Source of the DNA: Candidatus Omnitrophota bacterium
GTDB lineage: Bacteria; Omnitrophota; Gorgyraeia; Zapsychrales; Zapsychraceae
Direction of reading: 5' to 3'
Length of the DNA: 64,000 nt
Assembly: GCA_020632515.1 (NCBI GenBank)
Contig: JACKFK010000008.1
Location: forward strand, 8,171 to 72,170
The notes beneath the pieces are model-generated. The model was given only the letters and a program-made list of their open reading frames with translations, was not told where the DNA came from and did not search any database. Shown piece by piece: positions 1 through 10,107 of this stretch (positions within the stretch are counted from its first letter, which is position 1; the number at the start of each line of letters is the position of its first letter). The position numbers and the translations under genes are program-made.

Positions 1-1
1 C

Positions 2-292
2 CAAAGACCTAGGCTTTATGTATTTAGAAGCTCAAATAATCTTTATGCTCAAATTGTTGACGATCAAAAAGGCAAGGTTTTATTTGGATTGTCTACTAGA
101 AATAAAGGGATTCTTGGGAAGATTAAAAATGGTGGTAATGTTACTGCCGCAAAGATTCTAGGGGAAGAAATTTCAAATTTAGCTCAGACAAAAGGTGTCA
201 AAGCAATTTGTTTTGACCGTGGAGGATATAAATATCACGGACGTATTAAAGCTTTTGCTGAAGCTGCCAGAGAAGCTGGAATGGAGTTTTAA
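2..292 (+). CDS. rplR: 50S ribosomal protein L18, C-terminal part (5' end outside window)
   Basis: Frame is open to the window edge (QRPRLYVFRSSNNLYAQIVDDQKGKVLF...FDRGGYKYHGRIKAFAEAAREAGMEF), typical L18 motifs; lies directly before S5 as in spc operons. Confidence 0.9.
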   Translation, partial: QRPRLYVFRSSNNLYAQIVDDQKGKVLFGLSTRNKGILGKIKNGGNVTAAKILGEEISNLAQTKGVKAICFDRGGYKYHGRIKAFAEAAREAGMEF

Positions 293-295
293 TCT

Positions 296-901
296 ATGAG
301 TGACAAAGAGAAAAAAGAAGGCCATCCTAAAAAGAGTGACGAGAAGGATCGTGAATTATCGCCAAAAGGTGAAGGTCTGCGAAAAAAAGAAAATTTAAAA
401 AAAGAAAACGTTGAAGAAAATGATGAAGATAATGCTGAGATATTGTCACAGCAGGCTGAAGATGCCACGTTTATTGAAAAAGTGATTTCTATTAATCGTA
501 TTACGAAAGTAACGAAGGGTGGCAAAAAACTATCTTTCAGTGCTCTGGTGGTCGTGGGAGATACCAAAGGTAAAGTCGGATATAGTTTATCTAAGGCCGG
601 AGAAGTTTCCATTGCAATTCGTAAGGCTATGGTTGAAGCGAAACGGAATATGATAGATGTTCCATTAAGAGGAACTACTATCCCACATGAAATTATTGGG
701 ATTTGTGGAGGAGCCAATGTTTTATTAAAACCAGCTTCTGATGGTACGGGAGTAATTGCTTCTGGACCTGTGCGAGCGGTTTGTGATGGCGCGGGTATAC
801 ATAACATTTTAACAAAAGTTCATCGTTCGAATAATCCAATTAATGTGGTGAAAGCTACATTCGACGGATTAAGCCGTTTAAAATCGGCTAATCAAAATTG
901 A
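296..901 (+). CDS. rpsE: 30S ribosomal protein S5 with about 55-aa Lys/Glu-rich N-terminal extension
   Basis: Core [24 protein letters not shown]...[25 protein letters not shown] matches S5; operon position L18-S5-L15. Confidence 0.95.
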   Translation: MSDKEKKEGHPKKSDEKDRELSPKGEGLRKKENLKKENVEENDEDNAEILSQQAEDATFIEKVISINRITKVTKGGKKLSFSALVVVGDTKGKVGYSLSKAGEVSIAIRKAMVEAKRNMIDVPLRGTTIPHEIIGICGGANVLLKPASDGTGVIASGPVRAVCDGAGIHNILTKVHRSNNPINVVKATFDGLSRLKSANQN

Positions 902-917
902 TTTAGGAAAGTAAAGC

Positions 918-1430
918 ATGCAATTACATCAAATTCCAGCTCCAAAAGGAGCAAAAAAGAAAAAAAGAATCGTCGGTAGAGGGCAGGGATCTGGCCGCGG
1001 TAAAACTGCAGGGCGAGGTGAAAATGGTCAGCGTTCACGTAGTGGACGTTGGGTTGTTGGTGGATCAGAAGGTGGGCAGATGCCGTTAATTCGCCGGCTT
1101 CCTAAGGTTGGTTTTAGAAGCAAAAGGCCGATTTTGAATCAAGTGGTTGATTTAGACGGATTAAATAAATTAGATGCGAATGCAATTGTTAGTCCTGAAC
1201 TTTTAAAAGAAAAAGGACTAATTAGTAGTTTAAATAAACCGGTAAAGATTTTAGGTGATGGAAATATCACTAAACCGTTAGTGATTCAAATTAAGAGTGT
1301 ATCAAATACCGCTAAAGATAAGATTACTAAAGCTGGCGGTAAAGTTGAGGTCTTTGACAAAAAAGTTGTAGTAAGGAATAAGCAAGGAAAAGCAAAACAA
1401 CAAGAACAAAAGAAAGCAAAAGGTAAGTAG
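918..1430 (+). CDS. rplO: 50S ribosomal protein L15 (Lys-rich C-terminal tail)
   Basis: GRGQGSGRGKTAGRGENGQRSRSG glycine/arginine motif of L15; sits between S5 and SecY. Confidence 0.93.
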   Translation: MQLHQIPAPKGAKKKKRIVGRGQGSGRGKTAGRGENGQRSRSGRWVVGGSEGGQMPLIRRLPKVGFRSKRPILNQVVDLDGLNKLDANAIVSPELLKEKGLISSLNKPVKILGDGNITKPLVIQIKSVSNTAKDKITKAGGKVEVFDKKVVVRNKQGKAKQQEQKKAKGK

Positions 1431-1445
1431 CGCTAAATTATTCTT

Positions 1446-2792
1446 ATGATTTCTTCGTTTCTCAATTGTTTTAAAATCCCAGAGTTAAAGAAAAAAATTC
1501 TTTTTACTCTTGCTATTATTGCAGCATATCGTGCAGGTTGTTATATTCCTACGCCCGGAGTTAATGGAGCCATGCTGGCAGAATTTTTTCAAAGAATAAA
1601 TTCTACTGGCCAGGGAAGTATATTCGGAATTATGAATATGTTTTCAGGAGGGGCTTTAGAAAAATTAACAGTTTTTTCTTTAGGGATAATGCCGTATATT
1701 TCAAGTTCAATTATTATGCAGCTGTTAACAGCTGTAATCCCGGCATTAGAGAAGTTAGCCAAAGAAGGACAAACTGGGTATCATAAAATTAATCAATATA
1801 CGCGATATGGAACTTTAGTTTTGGCATTAATTCAGTCTTTTTTTATTGCTCTTTGGCTTGAAAGTCCGCAGGCTTTTCAAGGATTACAGATTGTAAATAA
1901 TCCAGGATGGGGATTTAGAATTATTACAGTGATCACGCTAACGACGGGAACGCTCTTGTTAATGTGGTTGGGAGAACAGATACAGGAAAAGGGTATTGGT
2001 AACGGTATTTCTTTAATTATTACGGCAGGTATTATCTCTGCAGCCCCATCAGCTTTACGTCAATTAATATTGTTAATGTCTCCACAAGCAGGAGGAACAG
2101 CGCAGTTGCAACCGTTAACATTATTAATTATGGTAGCTTTTCTTATTGCCGTGATTATTGCTATTACTTTGGTTACCCAAGCGCAGAGAAAGATTCCTGT
2201 ACAATATGCTCGACGTATAGTTGGGCGTAAAGTATATGGTGGACAGAATACGTATATTCCATTAAAAGTAGATACTTCAGGCGTTATCGCAATTATCTTT
2301 GCTCAATCTATTATTTTGTTTCCGGCAACCTTGGCGAGTTTTATTCCGAATCAAGGTTTTCAGACAATGGCTTCTTTCATGCAGAGAGGTAGCACGCTTT
2401 ATTATATTATTTATGGATTGTTGATTATATTTTTCTGTTATTTTTATACAGCTATCGTTTTTAATCCCGTGGAAGTTGCTGAAAACATGAAAAAGCATGG
2501 TGGATTTATCCCCGGGGTTCGTCCAGGGACTCAGACAGCAGATTATTTAGATTTTGTTATGACTCGTATTACATTAACGGGTGCTATATTTATTTGTATT
2601 ATCGCAGTTATGCCTGATTGGATTATGGCTTCTTTTAAGGTTCCTTATTTAGTGGCTTCGTTTTTCGGGGGTACAGGTGTCCTTATTACCGTCGGGGTAA
2701 TGTTGGATACTATGAAGCAAATTGAATCACATTTAGTGATGCGCCATTACGATGGATTTATGAAATCCGGCCAACTAAAAGGGAGAAGATGA
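1446..2792 (+). CDS. secY: preprotein translocase subunit SecY
   Basis: 448 aa, multi-TM, motifs FSLGIMPYISSSIIMQLL and GISLIITAGI; canonical position after L15. Confidence 0.97.
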   Translation: MISSFLNCFKIPELKKKILFTLAIIAAYRAGCYIPTPGVNGAMLAEFFQRINSTGQGSIFGIMNMFSGGALEKLTVFSLGIMPYISSSIIMQLLTAVIPALEKLAKEGQTGYHKINQYTRYGTLVLALIQSFFIALWLESPQAFQGLQIVNNPGWGFRIITVITLTTGTLLLMWLGEQIQEKGIGNGISLIITAGIISAAPSALRQLILLMSPQAGGTAQLQPLTLLIMVAFLIAVIIAITLVTQAQRKIPVQYARRIVGRKVYGGQNTYIPLKVDTSGVIAIIFAQSIILFPATLASFIPNQGFQTMASFMQRGSTLYYIIYGLLIIFFCYFYTAIVFNPVEVAENMKKHGGFIPGVRPGTQTADYLDFVMTRITLTGAIFICIIAVMPDWIMASFKVPYLVASFFGGTGVLITVGVMLDTMKQIESHLVMRHYDGFMKSGQLKGRR

Positions 2793-3457
2793 AAATAGTT
2801 TTATTGGGGCCTCCTGGTGCCGGAAAAGGAACTTTGGCAGGATTATTAAAGAGTTCTTTAGGTGTTTTTCATGTTTCTACAGGAGATATTCTGCGTGAAG
2901 AGATGAAAGCAGATTCACCATTAGGGCAAGAAACAAAAAACTATGTTGAAAAAGGACAGCTTGTTCCGGATGAATTAGTTACGCGTTTAGTAAAGAATAA
3001 ATTAAGTGATCATCAACTTTTGGATAAAGGATATTTATTAGACGGATTTCCTAGAACAAAAGCACAAGCAGAAGAATTAGATAAGATTTTAGCTGAAATT
3101 AATCAACCCATTGATTTTGCTCTTTATATGGAAGCGACTCTTCCTATGATTCTACGCCGTTTGACAGGCCGACGGGTATGTAAGAATTGTGGAGCAGTTT
3201 TTCATTTAACTAATCGCCCTTCTAAGAAAGAGGGTATTTGTGATGTGTGTAACGGGGCTTTGTATCAGCGTTCGGATGATAACGAAGAAACAATTCGCAA
3301 TCGGATGGATGTTTATTTAAAAAATACAAAGCCGATAGTAGATTATTACGAAACTCAAGGAAAATTAAAAAAAGTAGATGGCGATAAAGAATCTGAAGAG
3401 TTACAAGAATCTTTAATGCAGATATTGGATGAAACAGAGTCGAACAATCACCATTAA
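2789..3457 (+). CDS. adk: adenylate kinase (zinc-lid type)
   Basis: P-loop GPPGAGKGT, LID with CKNCG...CDVCNG four-Cys motif; 4-nt overlap with secY stop. Confidence 0.96.
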   Translation: MKIVLLGPPGAGKGTLAGLLKSSLGVFHVSTGDILREEMKADSPLGQETKNYVEKGQLVPDELVTRLVKNKLSDHQLLDKGYLLDGFPRTKAQAEELDKILAEINQPIDFALYMEATLPMILRRLTGRRVCKNCGAVFHLTNRPSKKEGICDVCNGALYQRSDDNEETIRNRMDVYLKNTKPIVDYYETQGKLKKVDGDKESEELQESLMQILDETESNNHH

Positions 3458-4187
3458 GACCGCCGAAGAATTGGATATCTTGCGAGAAGCAGGAAAGATT
3501 TTATCCAAAATAATAAAAGAAGTACAATGTTCTTTAAAATCGGGAATCTCAACAGAGCAGATTGATCAATTAACGGAAAAGTTGATTAAAGATTATAAAG
3601 TTATACCTGCTTTTAAAGGATATAGAGGGTTTCCTGCGTGCGCATGTATATCGACTAATGAAGAGGTTGTTCATGGAATCCCGGGAAAAAGAATTCTTCG
3701 TGAAGGAGATATTGTCAGTTTAGATGTTGGAATAATTTATAAAAATTATTATTCTGACACGGCTGTTACAGCAGGTATTGGGAATATTTCTTCTGAATTG
3801 GAAAGACTTTTACAAGTCACCAATGATTCTCTATATGAAGGAATTAAGCAGGCTAAAGTAGATAGTAAATTATCGAATATTTCTCATGCTATACAGAAAT
3901 ATGTAGAAGGAAATAATTTTTCGGTAGTTCGGGAATTTGTTGGGCATGGAATTGGAAAGAATTTACATGAAGACCCTGAAATTCCAAATTTTGGACCGCC
4001 TGATACTGGTCCAGTGTTAAAAGAAGGAATGGTTTTAGCGATAGAACCAATGGTTAATATTGGATCTTGGCAAACGAGAATTTTAAGTGATGGCTGGACT
4101 GTTGTGACCGGCGATGGGAAACAATCGGCGCATTTTGAACATTCAGTTGCGATTACTAAAAACGGTCCTGAAATATTAACGGAATAA
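3429..4187 (+). CDS. map: type I methionine aminopeptidase
   Basis: VVHGIPG, DIVSLDVG, GHGIG, metal-ligand pattern of M24A; overlaps adk 3' end by 29 nt. Confidence 0.95.
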   Translation: MKQSRTITIKTAEELDILREAGKILSKIIKEVQCSLKSGISTEQIDQLTEKLIKDYKVIPAFKGYRGFPACACISTNEEVVHGIPGKRILREGDIVSLDVGIIYKNYYSDTAVTAGIGNISSELERLLQVTNDSLYEGIKQAKVDSKLSNISHAIQKYVEGNNFSVVREFVGHGIGKNLHEDPEIPNFGPPDTGPVLKEGMVLAIEPMVNIGSWQTRILSDGWTVVTGDGKQSAHFEHSVAITKNGPEILTE

Positions 4188-4211
4188 ATTAAGAAGTATA
4201 TCAATACAAAT

Positions 4212-4430
4212 ATGGCCAAAGAAGATCTAATTGAAGTTGAAGGTGTGATAAAAGAGGCATTGCCAAATGCTAAATTTAGAATTCAATTAGAAAACGGACA
4301 TATTGTTGAAGCTCATATATCAGGGAAAATTAGGATGAATTTTATTCGCATCTTACCAGGTGATCAGGTTAAGGTCGAATTATCACCTTATGATTTAACA
4401 AAAGGGCGAATAACCTATAGGTGTAAATAA
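4212..4430 (+). CDS. infA: translation initiation factor IF-1
   Basis: 72 aa, [13 protein letters not shown]...[14 protein letters not shown]...[15 protein letters not shown]1-like fold signature. Confidence 0.97.
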   Translation: MAKEDLIEVEGVIKEALPNAKFRIQLENGHIVEAHISGKIRMNFIRILPGDQVKVELSPYDLTKGRITYRCK

Positions 4431-4443
4431 AAGAGATAAAACT

Positions 4444-4560
4444 ATGAAAGTAAAATCATCAGTTAAAAGAATTTGTGCAAATTGTAAGATTGTTCGACGA
4501 AAAGGTGTCGTGCGGGTGATTTGCACGGCGAACCCAAAACATAAACAACGACAAGGATAA
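4444..4560 (+). CDS. rpmJ: 50S ribosomal protein L36 (below ORF-track size cutoff)
   Basis: Read directly: [38 protein letters not shown], 38 aa, Cys/Cys/Cys pattern and position between infA and rpsM. Confidence 0.95.
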   Translation: MKVKSSVKRICANCKIVRRKGVVRVICTANPKHKQRQG

Positions 4561-4566
4561 TAGATT

Positions 4567-4935
4567 ATGCCAAGAATATTAGGTGTTGATATTCCGAAAG
4601 ATAAAAGAATTGAAGCTTCATTGCCTTACTTATATGGAATCGGTCCATTTCAAGCTCGTAAGATTTTAGTGGAAGCTAATATTGATTTTGACCGTAGGGC
4701 CAAAGATCTTACAGAAGAAGAAATAAATAAAATTACGACTATTATTCAGCATAATTATGTGATTGAAGGTGATCTTCGTCGAGAAGTTGGACAAAATGTG
4801 AAACGATTAATGGATATTGGAGCTTATCGTGGTTTGCGTCATCGGAAAGGACTGCCAGTGCACGGTCAGCGGACAAAAACTAATTCTCGAACACGCAAAG
4901 GGCGTAAGCCTTCTGTTGGTGGGCGAAAAAAATAG
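4567..4935 (+). CDS. rpsM: 30S ribosomal protein S13
   Basis: [26 protein letters not shown]..., [20 protein letters not shown]. Confidence 0.97.
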   Translation: MPRILGVDIPKDKRIEASLPYLYGIGPFQARKILVEANIDFDRRAKDLTEEEINKITTIIQHNYVIEGDLRREVGQNVKRLMDIGAYRGLRHRKGLPVHGQRTKTNSRTRKGRKPSVGGRKK

Positions 4936-4948
4936 CGAAGGATAATTT

Positions 4949-5356
4949 ATGGCTAAACAGAATAAAGTTGTTAAAAGAAAAGATAAAGCGAAAAAGAAAG
5001 CCTTAAAAGGAATCACTGCGGGGGTTGCGCATATCAAGGCAACATTTAATAACACAATTGTCTCAATTACTGATAAGCAAGGAAATGTTATCGTGTGGTC
5101 TACGCCAGGAGTTGTTGGTTTTAGCGGTTCGAAAAAATCAACACCTTTTGCTGCGCAGATTGCCAGTTCAGATGCTGCTAAAAAAGCAAAAGATTTGGGG
5201 ATTAAAACAGTTGAAGTTTTAGTAAACGGTCCTGGTTCTGGTCGTGAATCAGCGATACGAGCATTGCAAGCTAATGGGTTGGCAGTAACGTCAATTAAAG
5301 ATATTACACCATTGCCTCATAATGGATGCCGACCACGAAAGAAAAGAAGAGTTTAA
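4949..5356 (+). CDS. rpsK: 30S ribosomal protein S11
   Basis: [22 protein letters not shown]...[14 protein letters not shown]...[13 protein letters not shown]. Confidence 0.97.
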   Translation: MAKQNKVVKRKDKAKKKALKGITAGVAHIKATFNNTIVSITDKQGNVIVWSTPGVVGFSGSKKSTPFAAQIASSDAAKKAKDLGIKTVEVLVNGPGSGRESAIRALQANGLAVTSIKDITPLPHNGCRPRKKRRV

Positions 5357-5421
5357 AAATGTATTCTAGAAAATATAAAGTAAGAAGTCTTAATAAAATA
5401 GGTTGCACCGGAGGAAAGTAA

Positions 5422-6051
5422 ATGGGTAAATATATTGGATCAAGCTGCCGATTATGTCGACGAGAAGGTGAAAAATTATTCTTAAAGGGATCGAGATGTT
5501 CAACGCATCGTTGCGCAGTTGATCGAAGGGCTTATGCGCCTGGCCAGCATGGTAGTTCACAGCGGGTGAAATTGTCCAACTACGGTATTCAGCTTCGAGA
5601 AAAACAAAAAGTTAAACGGATTTATGGATTATACGAAAAGCAATTTAGAAATTATTTTGCTAAGGCGGTTCGACATAAAGGTGTAACAGGTACGATATTG
5701 CTGCAATTTTTGGAACGACGTTTAGATAATGTTATTTTTCAGTTAGGCTTTTGCACATCCAGAAAACAGGCGAGACAGTTAGTAGGACATGGGTATGTAT
5801 ATGTTAATGATCAACGTGTAAATATCCCATCTTTTTTGGTTAAGGAAAATGACGAAATAGTTTTAAAATTTAAGAAAAAGGGCGTAGAGACTATTAAAGA
5901 AAATATTAAAGTAACAAAAGAACGTAATGCCCCGTCATGGATGGAAGTTGACTATGCGCATTTTAAAGGAAAAATTAACAGGCTTCCTCAACGTGAAGAT
6001 ATTAATTTCCCTGTTAACGAACAGTTGATTGTGGAGCTTTATTCAAGATAA
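5422..6051 (+). CDS. rpsD: 30S ribosomal protein S4
   Basis: MGKYIGSSCRLCRREGEKLFLKGSRC zinc-ribbon N-terminus, S4 RNA-binding domain RLDNVIFQLGF...ARQLVGHG. Confidence 0.96.
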   Translation: MGKYIGSSCRLCRREGEKLFLKGSRCSTHRCAVDRRAYAPGQHGSSQRVKLSNYGIQLREKQKVKRIYGLYEKQFRNYFAKAVRHKGVTGTILLQFLERRLDNVIFQLGFCTSRKQARQLVGHGYVYVNDQRVNIPSFLVKENDEIVLKFKKKGVETIKENIKVTKERNAPSWMEVDYAHFKGKINRLPQREDINFPVNEQLIVELYSR

Positions 6052-6158
6052 AAGAATTTCAAACCGACGAAAAACTTAGTCTAATCACATAGTCGTAACG
6101 TATTTTATATTTGGAATAAAAGTTTTTCGTAAACATAGGCTCATTTAAGGAGGAGAAT

Positions 6159-7148
6159 ATGGGAGTTAAATGGCGTGATTTTCAGATGCCAAAGAGGCTA
6201 GATTCTGACGAATCGGTGTATACTGATAAATATGGAAAGTTTATTGCGGAACCATTTGAGCGAGGTTATGGGGTAACGTTAGGAAACTCTTTAAGAAGAA
6301 TATTGTTGTCTTCTATTGAAGGTAGCGCAATTACATCTATCAAAGTTGACGGTGTTAGGCATGAGTTCTCGACGGTTCCAGGTGTTATGGAGTCTGTTGC
6401 GGAAATCATTCTTAATATAAAGAAAGTGGTTTTACGCTCACATTCAAAAGTGCCAAAACCAATTTATATTAAAGCAGATAAAAAAGGTGAAATTAAAGCA
6501 GCCGATATTATTTGCGACGAAACAATCGAGATATTAAATCCCGAGTTGCATATTGCTACGCTTTCCCGTGATACTCATTTTCAAATTGAAATGGAAGTAT
6601 CTAAAGGTCGAGGTTATGTGCCAGCCGAACAAAATAAAAAAGAGGGTATGGTTGATTGTATCGCGATTGATTCAATTTTTACACCTATAGTAAAAGTGAA
6701 TTTTAATGTTGAAAATACTCGGGTCGGACAAAGAACCGACTATGATAAATTAATTTTGGAAATTTGGACAAATGGTGGAATTAGTCCAAAAGAAGCCTTA
6801 CTTTATGGAGCAAATATTCTGCAACGGCATTTAGATGTTTTTGTCAGCTATGGACAATTGCCAGAAGAAGAAGAGGAAGAGGAAGAGGTTTCTGCAGAAG
6901 AACAAGCTTTATATGATAAGCTTCGTCTTCCGATTTCAGAATTAGAATTATCTGTTCGCAGTGCGAATTGTTTGAAAGACGCGAATATAAAAACAATTGC
7001 TGAATTAGTCAAGAAATCTGAATCAGAGCTTTTAACTTTTAGAAATTTTGGGAAAAAGTCTTTGACAGAAATTAATGATTTACTTAAAGTTATGGGAATA
7101 CAGTTAGGAATGAAACTTGATCCTAAGAAATTAAGGAAGCAGGAGTGA
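6159..7148 (+). CDS. rpoA: DNA-directed RNA polymerase subunit alpha
   Basis: FIAEPFERGYGVTLGNSLRRILLSS, poly-Glu linker, C-terminal domain ELSVRSANCLK...FGKKSLTEI. Confidence 0.97.
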   Translation: MGVKWRDFQMPKRLDSDESVYTDKYGKFIAEPFERGYGVTLGNSLRRILLSSIEGSAITSIKVDGVRHEFSTVPGVMESVAEIILNIKKVVLRSHSKVPKPIYIKADKKGEIKAADIICDETIEILNPELHIATLSRDTHFQIEMEVSKGRGYVPAEQNKKEGMVDCIAIDSIFTPIVKVNFNVENTRVGQRTDYDKLILEIWTNGGISPKEALLYGANILQRHLDVFVSYGQLPEEEEEEEEVSAEEQALYDKLRLPISELELSVRSANCLKDANIKTIAELVKKSESELLTFRNFGKKSLTEINDLLKVMGIQLGMKLDPKKLRKQE

Positions 7149-7149
7149 T

Positions 7150-7749
7150 ATGAGACACGGAATCGCAGGAAATCGTCTAAATCGAAAATCTAGTCATCGC
7201 AAAGCAACTATTAGGGATTTAGCTAAAGCGACATTAAAAGCTCAAAGAATTTCTACGACCAAAGCGAAAGCAAAGGAAGCAAGAAAGCTTGTTGATAAAT
7301 TGATAACATTGGGCAAGAAAGGTTCTTTAGCTCATAAACGTCAGGCCTTTTCAATTCTTTGCGATCATCGATTAGTCAGTCGTTTATTTAATAAAACAGC
7401 GCCTCTTTTCAAAAATCGTATTGGTGGATATACACGTATTATTTCATTGGGAAATCGCAGGGGCGATAACGCGCAATTAGTTTTTCTTGAATTAACAGAG
7501 AAAGAAGAAGTAATCATCACTTCAGCAAAAACAACAGCTCAAGGAAAGAAAGAAAAAGCGCACACAGCCTCTAAGACTACGGATGAGGTAACAGAAAAAG
7601 TAAAGACATCTAAGAAAGATAAGTCTTCGGCAGTCCAGGCTGAAGTTAAACCTACAGAGATTAAACCGGAAAAAGGCAAGGGTGGAAAAAATATTGTAGG
7701 TGGAATAAAGAAGATCTTCAATCGTAAAGCGCCTCCTGGTAGTAAATAA
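7150..7749 (+). CDS. rplQ: 50S ribosomal protein L17 with about 80-aa Lys-rich C-terminal extension
   Basis: MRHGIAGNRLNRKSSHRKA..., GGYTRIISLGNRRGDNAQLVFLEL; tail KKEKAHTASK...KGKGGK is extra. Confidence 0.95.
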   Translation: MRHGIAGNRLNRKSSHRKATIRDLAKATLKAQRISTTKAKAKEARKLVDKLITLGKKGSLAHKRQAFSILCDHRLVSRLFNKTAPLFKNRIGGYTRIISLGNRRGDNAQLVFLELTEKEEVIITSAKTTAQGKKEKAHTASKTTDEVTEKVKTSKKDKSSAVQAEVKPTEIKPEKGKGGKNIVGGIKKIFNRKAPPGSK

Positions 7750-7753
7750 AAGC

Positions 7754-8935
7754 ATGGAAACTATGGCTTTAAAAATTAATAAGCGCATTGAATCTGTGGA
7801 AGGTTCATCCACTTTAGCAATTACAGCAAAAGCTAAAGAATTAAAATCTAAAGGCGCGGATGTTGTTAATTTTGCCGGAGGTGAACCAGACTTTGATACC
7901 CCTCAATCCATTAAAGATGCGGCGATAGCCGCCATCAATGCAGGGCAAACAAAATATACGCCCAGTACTGGGACTGTTGAATTAAAAAAAGCTATTGTTG
8001 AAAAGTTTAAACGCGACAATAATCTTGAATACACTGCAAATCAAATTGCCGTTTCTTGCGGAGCAAAACATTCGATATTCAATATTATACAAGTACTCGC
8101 GGATGAAGGAGATGAAGTTTTAATCCCTGCACCGTATTGGGTTAGTTATCCGGAAATGGTCAAGATCGCCGGTGCTAAATCTAAAATAATTCCTACAAGC
8201 GCTAAAACAAATTTTAAGATTACAGCTGACCAACTTGCGCAAAATATTTCTAATAAATCCAATATTCTTTTTCTTAATAGTCCATCAAATCCTACAGGTA
8301 TGGTTTACTCAAAAGAGGAATTAGAAGCCATAGCGGAAGTTTGTGTTAAGAATAAAATATATGTTATTAGCGATGAGATTTATGAGAAACTTATTTATGA
8401 TTCTATAGAACCGGTTTCAATTGCATCGTTTGGTAAAGATATTTATGATTTGACGATTACAGTTAATGGTGTATCAAAAGCTTATTCAATGACAGGTTGG
8501 AGAATTGGTTATTGCGCAGGGAATGCAGAGATTATTGATTATATTAAAAAGTTTCAAGATCATTCAACGTCTAACCCTACATCAATTAGTCAGGCAGCTG
8601 CATTACAGGCTTTGAATGAACCTGAAGAGCTTGTTATTAAGATGTGTAAGCAGTTTCAAGAGCGAAGAGATTTAATTACTTCCTTGATTGACAGAATTCC
8701 ACAAGTTAGTTATATTAAGCCTCAAGGTGCTTTTTATGTTTTTTGTGATTTTTCAAAGTTAGGTAATTCTTTTGATATTGCAAAAAGAATTATTGAAGAA
8801 GCGAATGTAGCGATTATTCCCGGAGAAGGGTTTGGTGCTCCAGGATTTATGCGGCTGAGTTTTTCTACTTCCAATGAACGGATTGAAGAAGGTGTTAAAC
8901 GTATCGCTGATTGGATTAAGAAGAATTACAAATAG
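7754..8935 (+). CDS. class-I PLP-dependent aminotransferase (aspartate aminotransferase-like)
   Basis: GEPDFDTP, NSPSNPTG, PLP-lysine context VNGVSKAYSMTGWRIGY, 393 aa. Confidence 0.88.
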   Translation: METMALKINKRIESVEGSSTLAITAKAKELKSKGADVVNFAGGEPDFDTPQSIKDAAIAAINAGQTKYTPSTGTVELKKAIVEKFKRDNNLEYTANQIAVSCGAKHSIFNIIQVLADEGDEVLIPAPYWVSYPEMVKIAGAKSKIIPTSAKTNFKITADQLAQNISNKSNILFLNSPSNPTGMVYSKEELEAIAEVCVKNKIYVISDEIYEKLIYDSIEPVSIASFGKDIYDLTITVNGVSKAYSMTGWRIGYCAGNAEIIDYIKKFQDHSTSNPTSISQAAALQALNEPEELVIKMCKQFQERRDLITSLIDRIPQVSYIKPQGAFYVFCDFSKLGNSFDIAKRIIEEANVAIIPGEGFGAPGFMRLSFSTSNERIEEGVKRIADWIKKNYK

Positions 8936-8998
8936 AATTTCTTTCAAAAGTCAAAATTTTCCTCAATAGTTTTATTAGTTTTATCAGGAGAGATAGAG

Positions 8999-10063
8999 TT
9001 GGATCTTAAAGAATTACTTAAGTTGACAATTCAAGAGAAAGCTTCTGACCTGCATCTTACAGAGAATAGCCCGCCTATTCTTCGTATCGACGGTCGTTTG
9101 AATTTAATAGATCATGCATCATTAAATCGTGATGAACTTAAGAAATCCATTTATGGCATTCTAGCAGATCATCAAAAAGAAAAATTTGAAAAAGATTTAG
9201 AATTAGATTTTTCTCTACAGCTTGATGATTCGGAACGTTTTCGTGTCAATGTTCACTTGCAACGAGGATCTGTTGAGGCCGCTTTTCGAAGAATTCCCAT
9301 TCACATACCAGATCTCGAGCAGTTAGGTTTGCCAAAGGCGGTCATTGATTTTTCTCGTAGACCCAGCGGGTTAGTTTTGATTACCGGGCCAACAGGTTCT
9401 GGAAAAACAACAACATTGGCATCGATGATTAATCTGATTAATAATGAACGTGCTTGTATGATCATGCTGGTCGAAGATCCGATTGAATATGTGCATAAGA
9501 ATAAGAAATCAGTAATAAAGCAGCGAGAGATTTATAGTGATACTCGTTCTTTTTCTGAAGCACTGAAACGCTGTCTACGTCAAGATCCCGATGTTATTGT
9601 TGTTGGAGAAATGAGAGATTTAGAAACAATTTCAACAGCTTTAACAGCGGCCGAAACAGGGCATTTGGTTTTGGCAACATTGCATACTCCAGATGCGCCG
9701 CAGACCATTGAACGTATTATTGATGTATTTCCAGCGCATCAGCAGCAGCAAGTGCGTTTGCAGTTGTCAGCAAGTATCCAAGGCATTGTTTCTCAAACGT
9801 TATTGCCGCGGGCTGAAGGGGAAGGTCGGGTTTTGGCTTCCGAAGTGTTAGTTGCGACCCCTGCAATTCGCAATTTGATTCGGGAACAAGCCATTGAACA
9901 GATTCCTACTTCCATTCAAACTGGCTTACAATATGGAATGCATACAATGGACATGTCTTTAAAGAAGCTTTATCAAGAAGGCGTTATCACTTACGAAGAT
10001 GCCTTTGCTCAAGTACGAAATGCTGAAGAGTTTCAGCAGTTATTAAATAATTCGGATTATTAA
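8999..10063 (+). CDS. pilT: type IV pilus retraction ATPase PilT
   Basis: TTG start 8 nt after AGGAG; ASDLHL, Walker A GPTGSGKTTT, Walker B VIVVGEMRD, His box ATLHT, AIRNLIRE motif of PilT. Confidence 0.9.
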   Translation: MDLKELLKLTIQEKASDLHLTENSPPILRIDGRLNLIDHASLNRDELKKSIYGILADHQKEKFEKDLELDFSLQLDDSERFRVNVHLQRGSVEAAFRRIPIHIPDLEQLGLPKAVIDFSRRPSGLVLITGPTGSGKTTTLASMINLINNERACMIMLVEDPIEYVHKNKKSVIKQREIYSDTRSFSEALKRCLRQDPDVIVVGEMRDLETISTALTAAETGHLVLATLHTPDAPQTIERIIDVFPAHQQQQVRLQLSASIQGIVSQTLLPRAEGEGRVLASEVLVATPAIRNLIREQAIEQIPTSIQTGLQYGMHTMDMSLKKLYQEGVITYEDAFAQVRNAEEFQQLLNNSDY

Positions 10064-10107
10064 TTTAGTCTCAATTTGACGAGACGTTTTAGAAATGGAG
10101 TTAATTC

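Noticed and set aside
289-807. 172-aa minus-strand ORF antisense to rpsE
   Set aside because: It lies entirely inside a confidently identified ribosomal protein gene, has a low-complexity Ser/Phe-rich translation and no ribosome-binding site. It is a shadow ORF.
901-918. Absence of rpmD (L30) between S5 and L15
   Set aside because: L30 is missing from this position in many bacterial lineages. The 16-nt spacer cannot hide a gene, so this is ordinary.
5025-5222. 65-aa alternative-frame ORF inside rpsK
   Set aside because: It is on the same strand but out of frame within S11, with no independent support.
6067-6130. Long-range stem ACGAAAAACTT...AAGTTTTTCGT in the rpsD-rpoA spacer as a possible regulatory structure
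   Set aside because: It is a single 11-bp A/T-rich stem with a loop of about 40 nt, which is easily produced by chance in AT-rich DNA. No known alpha-operon regulatory site maps here.
6864-6887. GAA/GAG repeat run in rpoA
   Set aside because: It encodes the poly-Glu linker between the alpha NTD and CTD and is in frame. It is low-complexity protein sequence, not a DNA-level element.
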